A program made the translations under genes and the position numbers. The notes below the pieces were generated by a model. It ran no database searches and was not told where the DNA came from. It worked only from the letters and a program-made list of their open reading frames with translations. 64,000 nt of DNA from Callorhinchus milii (taxonomy: Eukaryota), in assembly GCF_018977255.1 (NCBI RefSeq), contig NW_024704742.1:39496001-39560000 (forward strand). The letters run 5' to 3'. Shown here piece by piece: positions 11,851-23,688 of this stretch; position 1 is the first letter of the stretch; each line of letters begins with the position of its first letter.

Positions 11851-13924
11851 ATACATAAATTTCCCAATGCTCCAAACAAAGATAATAGTCTGCTAAACAT
11901 TGTTTTATTGAAAATAATGGCCTTTTAAAGACTGAATTGAAAAAGGAATCAATCTTATCACCCCTTTGCTTGCTGATGTATTTCTAGCTGCACATAAATA
12001 AAATGTAATCCTGAACTTGTGAAATCAATATTGTTATCACTGCAAGCAGTGGTGAATTTGTGACTGAGCACCCTGGAAAACACAAACCCTATAGATTCCA
12101 GCTGTAATCCAGAGTTGTTTGATTACTGACAGTTAAGTATCTTGTCACCTTTCAACATAAACTGGTCAGCACATGCCTCTTTTATACCTGTACTCTCTCT
12201 GAATCCCTCTCTGAATCAGAGACATTTTATAATAGTAATAATCTATGCATTTGATACAGCATATTTAATATCAAAATATCTCAAGTAAACACTAAGTACA
12301 AAGTTAGTTTTTTTGTACATAAACAGAGCAGCCTACTTTGCACCCATCAATATATCAGAAGCTGAGGAAATGAATGACCAATTTTAATTTGAAGATAGTT
12401 AGACAGGACACCAAGAAAAATTCCATTCTCTTTTCAGATAGTTTAATGGGATCTTCACATCGAACTGAAAAATTATTTTCAGTTAATGTCATGTGGCCTA
12501 TTTTTCTGCGTTATTACAAATCCCAAAGGCTTTGCGGTAATGTAAAAATAAAGTGAAAATTTTGCACAGCGATTAATCTATCTGATTAATTTTTTAATCT
12601 GAAATTGTTCTTTGAAAAAAAAGATTCATATCACTAATTTTACAGGGAATTATTGCTGATATTTTAAACTATTTAATTGTAGCCAGATTCAGGGCAATTT
12701 TGGTTTTCCTCAGCTGGTCATTCTGTTGCTGGTTTCAGTTCACACATGATGATGATAACAACAAACACTATGACAGTAATAAAGCTAGCATTGCCTTCAT
12801 TGCTGCTATACTGGGAATATGTGTTCACAAACCAAATTTGAATCTGTACAAGCATTTGCAAATGCTGGATTGTGAGAGTTTCGGGCAACGTTATTAGCCC
12901 AAAGTCACAAATTCTCAACTACCTTCCCTGAGAGGGGTACTCGCTGGTGGTGCCTATGGTCACTTACCCTCTCTCCCCAGTTCAGCATCAATCTACACCA
13001 ATATTAACACTCTGAGATGCTACCCAGCATGAAGGGCATATAAGTGCAAGTTGTTGTTCCTTAAAACATTCCTTAACTGCATTACAGGAAAACTTTATGG
13101 AATACTGAAAATGTTACCCTTTGAATCTCCTTATTGTACGTTCCTTTCCTAGCATTTTGTCTGTTTGCAACATTGTTTGACATTTTCTACCTGTTCTAAA
13201 CCTATGTTTTAATTTCAAAATGGATTTTTTATACTTGCCCTTTTTCTTCCTCCCTATGCATAAAAGCAAGTTGTTGTTGTTCTCCCTATCTTACTGTCAC
13301 AAAAATTATTGTCCTATTGTTCTCATTGAAAGTAACAACTGCTTTGAAACCAAAAGTGAAATTGCATTAACTAAAAACAAGCTATGAAGGCTGATTTATT
13401 GCAGTCAAACAAAAGCTTAAAAGTAAAAACTAACCAGATTACATCACAGACAAGCTTTCAAGTGCCAGAACAGGAAGGCCTGCCAACAGAAAAGGAAACT
13501 AGCCAACAGGCTCCAGAATATGAGTATGCTGAAGGAGCAAACCTATCTGCAGTGTGCTAAGGGTTAAATTATATTTTAAGGACTTTATTGGTGAAGGAGT
13601 GACCTGTCAAGAGTTGTGAGTAATGCATCACTGTGAATCCAGCTGATAACATGTTATCACTGGCATTTCCATTCCTGCTCCTTTAAGCAATGGATTGTGG
13701 GCAGAATGGCATCACCGCAGTCAGCCTGTGCCTGTGGCTGTGCTATAAAGCCTTTCAGAGCTCACTGGCCGAGAAAGCAAATCATTATTTATTATGGTTC
13801 TTTCCTAAAGCCAGAATATAATGAATGGTTTTTCAGTGTCGCTCTGGAGCACAGCCTTCCCCAGAATGCTTTGTGAAGAGAAGCAGTAGTTGAGTTCACT
13901 GAGGAGAAAGAAAATGCAGTACAG

Positions 13925-14830
13925 TATACACTTATATAATGCCTTTCACGTTGGGAGGACATCCCAAAGAACTTGACAATTCTGGATGGGCAGCTGAGTT
14001 AGGGACAGGAGCCAGGAGGGTGAAAGATGGGTGAAAGGTGACTGAAGGCACCATAAATGTGGTATCTTTTGAGGTGTACTTTGAACAAAGGAGGGAGGGA
14101 GCAAGTTGGAGGGACCTGGAAATGGAGTTCAAGAGAATGGTCGCTGAAATGCACTGTTGGAAGCTGGATCCCTTGGCAACATTACTCAGAGTGCTTGTCA
14201 TAGGATTTTTAAACTTGGGTTCCTCATTTTTAGCATGTGAGCGGAGTGCACATAGTGTGCTCACAGCATTACCTCACCACCCACTGCTACTGACACTCTT
14301 GCTATGTATGTTACATCACCTCAAAGATATATTTCTCCAATGCTCTCCTCCCTGGCCCCTGAGCTCCACTCTGCAGAAGCTTTAACTGATACCCAATTCT
14401 ATAGCCCAAGTTCTCTGCCATGAAAGGCTCGACAAACCTTCTACTTCAAACTTCAGAAATCTCTATTGGCTACCAGAGGAGTATTTTCCATGGCCACCTC
14501 GAAGGCTACCGATCAAATCTTCTGTAGCTCTACATTCCAGGCCGTAGCTCTACATTCCTGGCTATTTCCTTACTCTGGTTTATTGCCACTCTGATGCCAC
14601 ATGAGAAACCATCATGTCCCTGCTCACTAGAACAATTCCTAAAACACTTTTTTACCACTCCCTATTTTCAAAAACCTTTGCAGAACACATCTCAGAATGC
14701 GTCTTTGAACAATATCTTTAAATCTCTCATTTCCTTGTTCAGTGACTACCATAACATTTGTCAAGCTCTTTGGGATGTGATTTAATGTTAATAATGACGC
14801 TACATAAATGCAAGTTGTTGTTATTACTTA
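13925..14830. mobile_element. two old L2 3' fragments in opposite orientation (- 13925-14160; + ~14200-14830)
   Basis: L2 tail motifs at both outer ends (gcctttcacgttgggaggacatcccaaag; gctttgggatg...aaatgcaagttgttg). Confidence 0.65.
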
Positions 14831-16324
14831 AATGAAGTAAGGAGACATCAAAGCATCAATATTCTACGAGGCAAGCTCCTGTTCTCATTGCTGTAATAAC
14901 ATTATCTATTTTGTAGTCCCTTGCCTCGCCACGTCTGTTTCCACTGTGATCAGAACCTCAAAAACTTGTGCAATTTGTTTTCTATCATTTTGTTTCCTGA
15001 CTTCAATTGTTTTAATTTACTGGCAGTGATCCCAAGAACTGCCAAAGGGCAACTTTTAACTTGTATTCATGGCACTTTGTTCAAAGCGAAGCCGCTGAAA
15101 AATAATGTTTGCCTTTGGGTCAGTCATGCAGGTATGAAAACGAACACAAGTCACATAATAGCCATGGAAACACTTATGCAGCAAAGTTGTACAAACGTTG
15201 AAACTTTGTAGAGTTATTTAAATGCTCCCTTTCTTTTTTGAATTTTTCTTCCTTTTTTCCAAAATGGCCAACTTAACTCATATTTTCTGGACTGTGTGTA
15301 AATACACTCTGTGTGTAAAATTTTCACTGGCACATTCTTGTCATAATTTATGACGAGAAGAGAGTTTCTCCCGATGTCCTGGACAACAATCCCTCAGATA
15401 AAATTGTTGACTCACATAGCTGTTTGTGGGATATGGCTGTGTGCAAATCGGCTGTCACATTCACTTACAAAATACGTAGACACTGCATTTTACGATATAT
15501 CCAGTGAAGGGCTTTGAGACATTCTCCGGATGTGAGAAGCTCGATATCAAATGTAAGGATTATTATCATCAGCATGCAACTTCCATTTTTTTTAACACAA
15601 GTTTCTTTACCGCCACCTTACCTTGTTTTATTTTAATAAATAGGGAATTCTGGGCCTTGAAACTTAACACCATGCCTTCATTTATTGCCCACACAGTAGT
15701 AACATTATCAATTTCTCTGCTCCAATTGATATCTGGTTTCATTCTCAAATGTTTAGTTAAAAACAGGTAAGAAATTGAATGCAAATCAGCTGCTGAGATC
15801 AGTAGAAAGTCTATAAAGTCTAAAATCCAAATGAAGGCCTCAGTAAACTTTCGTTCCCACTCAAACTATCTGAACCCACAATTCCACCTAGTCTTAGCCT
15901 GTCTGACTATTGTCTTAAAAATTAAGATGACCAAGAATTGGGGAAAGTTCTTAAATTCAAACTTAATTTGGAATTTGGTTATTTTTAAGAATTGTATGAA
16001 ATCATCTTCCAAATTAAACCTGAAGTCATGAATTTTCCACAATTCTGCACAATCTTACATTTTTACAACAAATGGGTTCTACAAGCTGAGTCAAAGTGGA
16101 ATCTTCTGTTTTCTATTTGGGTGGCGGTTGATTGTTATTTTAGTGTTAATCAGGCTTTTATCTCTCTCAGCAAAATGGCAAGTTTCAGTTCATTTAAGAT
16201 TTAATCACGTGCTTATCCTTTCCTCAAACTTCCCTATAGTGACATTTGTGAAATGAAATCATATAATGCAAAGTGGGAACACTTGGGGAAGTTTACGAGC
16301 TGACTCAGATCTGGAATAACTTGG

Positions 16325-16900
16325 AACAGTCTGTTCATGCACGGTCGAGGTCTGAGCACTTTGCCTTCGGGCCGGCTGCAGAGGCCAGGAGACCGTGTTC
16401 TACCTCTTCCTGGAGTGTTGTTTCAAAAAGGCGGTTTGGAAAAAGATGGAATGGATGGTCTCGCGAATCATCCCTGGGGACTTGCTGTCACAGTCCTTGC
16501 TGCTGTATGGCCTCTTCCTTGGCACTCACAGCGAAACCCACATCGAGCATCGAGTGTGCCTGGAGGATCATAAACTTGGTAAAGGAGGCCCTTTGGCACT
16601 CCGGAAACCAGGTGTTTTTCTGGCAGAATGAGGGGATGGTGAGGGCCTGCCTCAGGCTCGGGCACTCTAGGATCAGGGACGAGGGACAAGCTGAAGTTTG
16701 GTTCAACCGCGGCAAAGGCCAGACGGGGCCTGACCCCTGCAGGAGCTGCTCTGACACAAACCGCTCAGAGCGCACCCACCGGGTAGCCCACGAGCGCATC
16801 CAAAACTGACTGAAATAAATGTAAGGGTACAAAAGGACACTCGAGATGTAACCAAAGAGCATCCTGAAAATGTATGTACGGTAATCATGTGCGCGTACAG
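16325..16900 (+). mobile_element. Tx1-clade non-LTR retrotransposon 3' end (zf-RVT-like C-terminus)
   Basis: Frameshifted FMHGRGL..GCRGQETVFYLFLECCFKKAVWKKM...LLYGLF...WRIINLVKEALWHSGN...CLRLGHSRI..RDKLKFGSTAAKA. Confidence 0.82.
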
Positions 16901-16964
16901 TATACATCGGGACGCATTGTAGGTGAACACAACAGTCAATTTGCTCACATATGGCCATGAAGTG

Positions 16965-17247
16965 AATGCTCAATTTTATTTAGCTGATTGTTGGCCAGGA
17001 CATTGGGAGGAACTCCCTTCTTTTTCCAAACACTGCCATGGGATCTTTCACATCCACCCGAACAGGCAGACAGGACCTCAAATTAACATTCTCATCCAAA
17101 GGATGACACCTCCAACAATGCAGCTCACCTCTAGCAATGGATTGAAGTACCAACCTAGACTATATAAATTCAAAGTCCCAATGTGGAGATTAAACCCACA
17201 ACCTTCTGACTCAGAGGGGAGAGTCCTACCAACTGAACCAGACTAAC
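16965..17247 (-). mobile_element. DeuSINE
   Basis: gccatgggatctttcacatccacccgaacaggcagac; aaccttctgactcagagg. Confidence 0.85.
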
Positions 17248-17494
17248 ACACAATGATTGAACGCTCAGCACACATCTGAGTTCTGTTTCTCATTAGGGCT
17301 GGGCACCTTGGGGCTCTTTATAGTTTTTCAACCACCAATTACTTTCTGCACATTTGGAAGAAAGAAGCAATACAAGAAATATTTTTAAAACGTGAATTTA
17401 TTCTATGTGGTTGTGTTTCATATGTTTAGTGTGCTGCACTCCTGCATTGCCCTTTCCGAGATTTTAAAGAGATGAATTTATATGATGGAGGAAC

Positions 17495-17715
17495 ATTAGC
17501 CAGGACACCAGGGAGAACTTCTAGCTACTATTTGAAAGAGCAAATCTTTAACATCCACTTTAACAGGCAGACAGCACTTTGTTTCATTATTATTAGCACC
17601 TCCAGGTCCTCAATTCGTTCTGCAACAGATATCAACCTAGATTATTAGGTCAAGGCCTAGTATAGGATTGAACCTAGAATCTTCTGAACTAGAGATGAAA
17701 GTGCTACCAACTGTA
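17495..17715 (-). mobile_element. DeuSINE (older)
   Basis: gccaggacaccagggagaac...atctttaacatccac. Confidence 0.75.
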
Positions 17716-19005
17716 ACACTGAGGCATTGAACAGCATGGAGACCTTTTATTATTTTTGATGAATCAGACTTACCTTTTAAAACAATACAGCTTCTGTAAG
17801 AAAGCACGTCTTTGAGAGGAAGGAGTTCTTACATGGCGAGAAAAGAAACCATAGTCCAATTATTCTGGAGCTCTGTCCAACAGCAGCAAGTAGTCGGCAG
17901 CAAACATGTCAGTATGCGGCTGGTTTAAGTCCAAACGTTAAATGAAGTTACTTCAGAAGCCAACTGAAACTATCTTTGTGTGGAAAATTAAAACAATTGT
18001 AGGCACAGAAGTTTGGAGAATAACAAATTCCGACCTCAAGTAAATGATTTACACACATGTCTAAGAATTTGCAGATCTAATTTCAAGACTCAGCAGGTCC
18101 AGGTCACAGAACTCTGCGTCTCATTAATTTCAGTTGAACACTGTCGCTATATTGTAAATGCATTTGTAGCCGGCTGCTCTGGTCACCAGGGTAGGGTTGC
18201 ATGACTGTCAAAAGTCTCATTTCAGTTTTGAAAGTGAATGCCCAACATCTGTTGATACGTTTTGGGATAAGCTATTGTTCTTTTAGGGCCATGTATCATA
18301 CTCTATTGACTAATTGAGAGATAAACTCTCTCTAGACCCTTTCTGGTCTTCTCTTTATCAGGCCATTGGGAGGTTCTTAAGAATGCCTCAGGTCAATAGC
18401 CCTCCCTGTCTCCATCAAATGTTCAAGATATTCAAGCTATCATCAGGAGCTATGGATAAGCACTCTATATTACTCAGGGTCCATTCACAACCATTATTCA
18501 TTCGATTGGAGTTGCTGGAGTATCCATTAATCTACAGGAAATCAGTGATTTGTCCACAAATTTCCTATTAGTTTCCCCAGTATTTTCTATACTCCTGCCC
18601 CTAGGAATTAAATTAAATGTGGGAGACAAAACACTGTAAGAATGTATCCTTCTGTAGGACTGTGGACCTTTACTATGCCAGATTGATCTTTTCATTTCCC
18701 ACACCAGCCATTCTTATGACCTGATGGAGTATAGTAATTGGTATTAACTCTGGCCCAAAATTAATGGTGCTCTGATGTGGGGATAGAGGTAGATATTTCC
18801 TATTCAATTTGATTTGAAATAGAAACTTGACTGGGAGATCCATTGTGCTATAGATCATGCTGCACCTTGAACACTATGGTAATTAAGTAACTAATTTAGT
18901 TTCAAAGGTTCACACATGGTTCTACCTTCTCAATGGGAAGCTGCAGACAGGAAGATGGTGGCAATGCTCTCACACATTTCAGGCTGAGCTTTGTTGCCCA
19001 CTCGT

Positions 19006-19565
19006 AACAACAACAAAATTACATTTGTATAGCGCCTTTCATGTCAGGAGGTTGCCACAAGGTGCTGGACAGTCAGTGTTTGAGACCCGAGCTGGGGGTC
19101 GGGATTGAGGAGGGTGGAGAACAGGGGGGGAAGGAGGGTGACCGAAGGAACGGTCGAAGAGGAGGGTCTTGAGATGGGTCTTGAAAGAGGCAAGGGAGGA
19201 GGTAAGGTGGAGGGACTACGGGATGGAGTTCCAGAGGGTGGGGGCAGAATGGCTGAAGGCCTGGCTGCCATTGGTGGGGCAGGTGAGGAGGGGGACATGA
19301 AGCAGGCTGGAGCCCACTGAGCGGGAAGGTTGGTAGATGATTAGGAGGTCGCAGAGGTATGGGGGAGCAAGGCCATGGAGGGCTTTGAAGGTGAGGACCA
19401 GGATCTTGAACTGGTCTGTATGATGGGAAGGCAGTGGAGTCGGGCGAGGGTGGGAGTGATAGGGTCGGGAGTCTGGTGCGGGAGAGGACATGGGCTGCAG
19501 AGTTCTGGATGATCTGCAGCCTATGGAGGGAGGAGTTGGGGAGGCCGACAAGCAGAGAATGTGTA
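19006..19565 (-). mobile_element. L2 3' fragment
   Basis: SLLVGLPNSSLHRLQIIQNSAA; FKILVLTFKALHGLAPPYL; tail. Confidence 0.9.
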
Positions 19566-21283
19566 TAGGAAGCCCACAGGTGGTTCCTGGTACCTGCCAT
19601 CCACCATCCACCTAAGTGAGGGCTCAAAACCATGCTTTTTGGATGTCAAATGATTAACTAGTGACTATCTCCGGGGTGGGGGGTAGGGTATGTAGTGTTT
19701 CCAATAAGCAGCTCTGGAATTTCCATGTGTTGGTGGAATGCCTGGAACTCTCAGTTTGGTTTGGATACTCTTAGGAATGACGATTGGTTTACGCGTGTGT
19801 CATGCACCCAGTTCACCAAAAAAAAAGCAACTGACAATCTTTTAATTATATCTGAACTACAAGTGCAATCCTAATTCAACAGAAAGATTTTGCAACTGTC
19901 AATTAATGAATCACCATCCTTAAACAATGCTTTTTTGTTATCTTTTCCTATTGTTTTACCAGACCTTTCCTCCTGCAAGGTTATTTCAAACAATCATTTT
20001 TATCATATCATGTGTCTGGCCGAGGGTTAGGTGAGATTATTTTCAACTGAAATAATGAAACTTGTGATAGGATTCAATTTTTGCCAATTCAAAGAGAATA
20101 GAATGATGTGATTAAAAATTGAAATGAAGTTCCATGCTAATTGAATGCAAAGAAATACAGAACTGTTGAAGCTGAAATCTTTACAATAACTCTCGGATGA
20201 AACTAAATGGCAGTGTGCCACTTCAGCTAAAACTGACATTCATTGCATCATCCATAAACTATAGTTCGAGAACGTTTAGCACAGTACAGTAATAATCATA
20301 CATGATGCACGAAAGCTCTGATTACAAAAAGTCAATTCCTGGTGCAGTTGCATTTTCAAACAAAAAAGTGCTTCCTGAACTTTGTCCCTTGAGATTATCT
20401 AAACTTTTGTATAGCCTTGTGCGAGCATGGCTGTGAAGTGATGCAGCACATGTGCAAGTGCACAAGCACATTATGTTTACCTCAAAAGCCTTAAGCAACT
20501 CCCTGCTTTCTCTTAACCTTTAGGGAGGTGAGTAACATGAAAAATGATGTCAAATAGCACATTTTCAGAAATGTGTCTTGCATATTTTCCTCAGTTCTAT
20601 TTGCTCTCATGTGAGCTAACATCATATTCTTTGTATACTAATCTTTTTGGAGCTACTCATGTGCATCTGAGAGAAGAGACTGTCTTGTACTCCTGGGTCA
20701 TTGACAATAGCTATTCTAAGGCAGGAGGCATACAAAAGCAGCCCAGTAAATACATCTGATGCAAATTTACCTCCCATGGAGTGGAGGCCTTTGACCTCCA
20801 CTTAGCACCTCTTGAGAGGAGCATTGATTGAGAAGGGGAATTCAGTAGAGTGAGGAAGGAATTCAATCTAACTGCAATCACTTCTTTAAATCATACTATG
20901 GTGGTCCAACGCACTGTGGCTTCCCCTTTTACCAGTTTTTTTTGACAGATGTGACAACACTTTCAAAGCTGATTTTTGCACAGTTTGTGTATTTTTCTAC
21001 TTCTATTATATATGCAGCCGTAAGTCTGTTGGCAAACTGAGAGCATGAGGTTGACTGCATTAAAAACGCACAGACAACACAAAGAGGTTGAAAGCAAAAT
21101 TGTCAGAAGTATATGAATAAAATCAACTCCAGGGCACCCTGTTATTTAAGAAAATAATTATTATTCTATTCAAAATTCCAGTTAAAATAAACAGTCATGT
21201 CAAACCTGTCAATCTGTTGAACTGTGAATTATTTTAGTTACCCATTTCCCCGTCTTGTCTCTGAAGACACTGACCCTCTGCCT

Positions 21284-22085
21284 CAACAACAACACCACCA
21301 ATAACATTACATTTATAGAGCGCCTTTCACATCAGGAGGACGTCCCAAAGCGCTGAAGTCAGGTGTCGGGGCCCAAGTATGGGGGTGTTGCCGGTGGAGC
21401 AGAGGTGAGGGAAGGCAGAGAGGTGGGAAGGAGACCAAAGGCACAGTCAAAGAGAAGGGTCTTGAGACCAGCCTTGAAGGAGGCAAGGGAGGAAGCGAGG
21501 CGGAGGGACCGTGGGATGGAGTTCCAGAGTGTGGGTGGGGGCAGAGGCTGAAAGCCCGGCCGTCGATGGTAGGGCGGGTCGGGCGGGAGACATGGAGCAG
21601 GCCGGAGCCCACTGAATGGAGAGAGCGGGCAGGTTGGTAGGGAGTCAGTACGTCAGAGAGATAGGAGGGGGTAAGGCCATGGATGGCCTTGAAAGTGAGG
21701 ATGAGGATCTTGAATTCGATCCTCTGAGGGATGGGGAGCCAGTGGAGTTGGGCGATGGTGGGAGTGATGGGGTCACGGAGCCTGGTGTGTGAGAGTACAT
21801 GAGCTGCAGAGTTTTGGATGATCTGCAGCTTGTGAAGGGAAGAGTTGGGAAGGCCGATGAGGAGGGAATTCCCGTAATTGAGCGTTGATGTGACGAATGT
21901 GTGGGTGAGGGTTTGGGCAGCCTGAGGGGTGAGGCAGTGGCGGAGTCTGGCAATGTTGCAGAGGTGGTGGTTGGCAGTGCCGGTCATGGCGTGGATGTGG
22001 GGGAGAAAGGACAGTTCAGGGTCAAACAAGATACCCATATTCCTGACTGGCTTAGTGAGGTTGAGTGTGCAGTTACACAGGTGCC
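21284..22085 (-). mobile_element. L2 3' fragment
   Basis: ORF with [14 protein letters not shown]...[16 protein letters not shown]2 stem-loop tail. Confidence 0.93.
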
Positions 22086-22549
22086 AACATCCCTCTACTA
22101 CCTTGGCATAGTGCCCGTTCTTCATATGCACGTGATGAGTGATGAGTGCCTGCAGACTGCTCAACTATGAAGTCAGAAATTCTGTTCAGGTCAAACACTG
22201 TGCCTTGGGTGATACGTGACTATAATAGGAAATCCTATTAGTGGCTGCATCATCGAAGATTGACACTGAATGCAATTTTTACCCAATGAAGAGCATCACA
22301 GTCAATTCCAAACATGTTCTTGCCCGAGATTCTTTCACTTTCCACCAAGAGCAACACAACATTGATTGAGAATGGGAATGTTGATTACTTTTGTCCTTAT
22401 TCAGAACCAATGAAGCAAATTGAGGGTTCGACATTTGTTTCTCTGGCTGATTCAGCGTGGACCAAGAATGAAATCTGTCACCGTTCATCTGTTTATCTCA
22501 GTGGTACCCCAAACAGTGATGTTATCCAGAATGTCATAAGACGAGCATC

Positions 22550-22932
22550 AGTGTGACTCAGTTGGTAGCACTCTGAGTCAGAATATAGCGGGTCCAAGCC
22601 CCATGTTGGAAATTAGAAATCGTAGTACTGCATTGTTGGAGGTGCAATCCTTCAATGAGACATTAAAACAAAGTTTTGTCTACTTGTTCAGGTGAATATA
22701 AATATCCCACACCACTATTTAAAAGGAAAAGGAAGTTTCTTCTGATGTGCTGGCTAACAATCCTCCAGATACAAAATTGATCATTCAATACCTGGATATT
22801 TGTCGGTCATTGTTGTGCATAAATTAGCTGGTGTGTTCAGCTACAAATATGCAGTCATACTGTGACAAACTCTGTGAAGCACGTTGAGATGTTGCGACGT
22901 AATAAGGCTCTACATCAAATGCAAGTATTATT
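22550..22932 (+). mobile_element. DeuSINE
   Basis: ctcagttggtagcactctgagtcagaa head, Deu domain, tail. Confidence 0.82.
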
Positions 22933-23520
22933 CAACTTACTTCAGTTTGTATTTGGAGTAGATTCAATAACATTAAACATAGATCATCTAGAGTGCATCT
23001 GTATTCAAAATAGTTTCACAGTTCCTCATTAAGCAATCGGAATCACCCCAAGAGCTATTTTCAACATGGGTGGGTTCTGTGCAACGGAACTGCAGGTCAG
23101 TAATACATCAAAGTGAGTGCTACTTGGCTTTATTGCAATACATTCACTGGGGGAAGGGAGGGGAGATCAAAGAATCCAACCTGTGTAACGAATCCACTGT
23201 GGGTAACATAATGTATAATCTGATACAAGAGTGTTCATTTCAAAAATCCAATGTAATAAACTGAACGGAAAGTGCTTTCATGTCGCATTAAAGTGAATTT
23301 GACGTTTGATTAAATATTTGCAATACTTGGAGGAAATCATGTCTAAAATAAAATTGTGGTAAGATAAAGTGGTGAGTATTTGTTGCATACAGTATTTGCA
23401 TTTTCCCACCCCATACCGTATATCACTCAACAACAACAACAACAAGATTCCATTTATAAAGCGCCTTTCACGTCAGGAGGACGTCCCAAGGCGCTGCACA
23501 GTTGGGTCATGACCCGAGCA

Positions 23521-23652
23521 GGGGGGAAATGGTCAGGGTGAGGGGAGGGAAGGGAGGGAGCGAGGAGGGGGGAAATGGTCAGGGTGAGGGAAGGGAGGGA
23601 GCAAGGAGGGGGAAATGGTCAGGGTGAGGGGAGGGAAGGGAGGGAGCGAGGA
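23521..23652. repeat. G-rich minisatellite (3 units, 41-46 bp) in the L2 3'UTR
   Basis: gggggaaatggtcagggtgaggggagggaagggagggagcgagga repeated three times. Confidence 0.92.
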
Positions 23653-23688
23653 GGGGGAAGAGAGTCGAGAGGGGAGCTGAAGGCACGG

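Noticed and set aside
15644..15766. 123-nt open AG..GTAAG segment
   Set aside because: AT-rich, weak acceptor, unrecognisable peptide; compatible with chance.
16273..16973. 178-aa and 161-aa ORFs as host exons
   Set aside because: Explained by frameshifted Tx1 sequence and its antisense.
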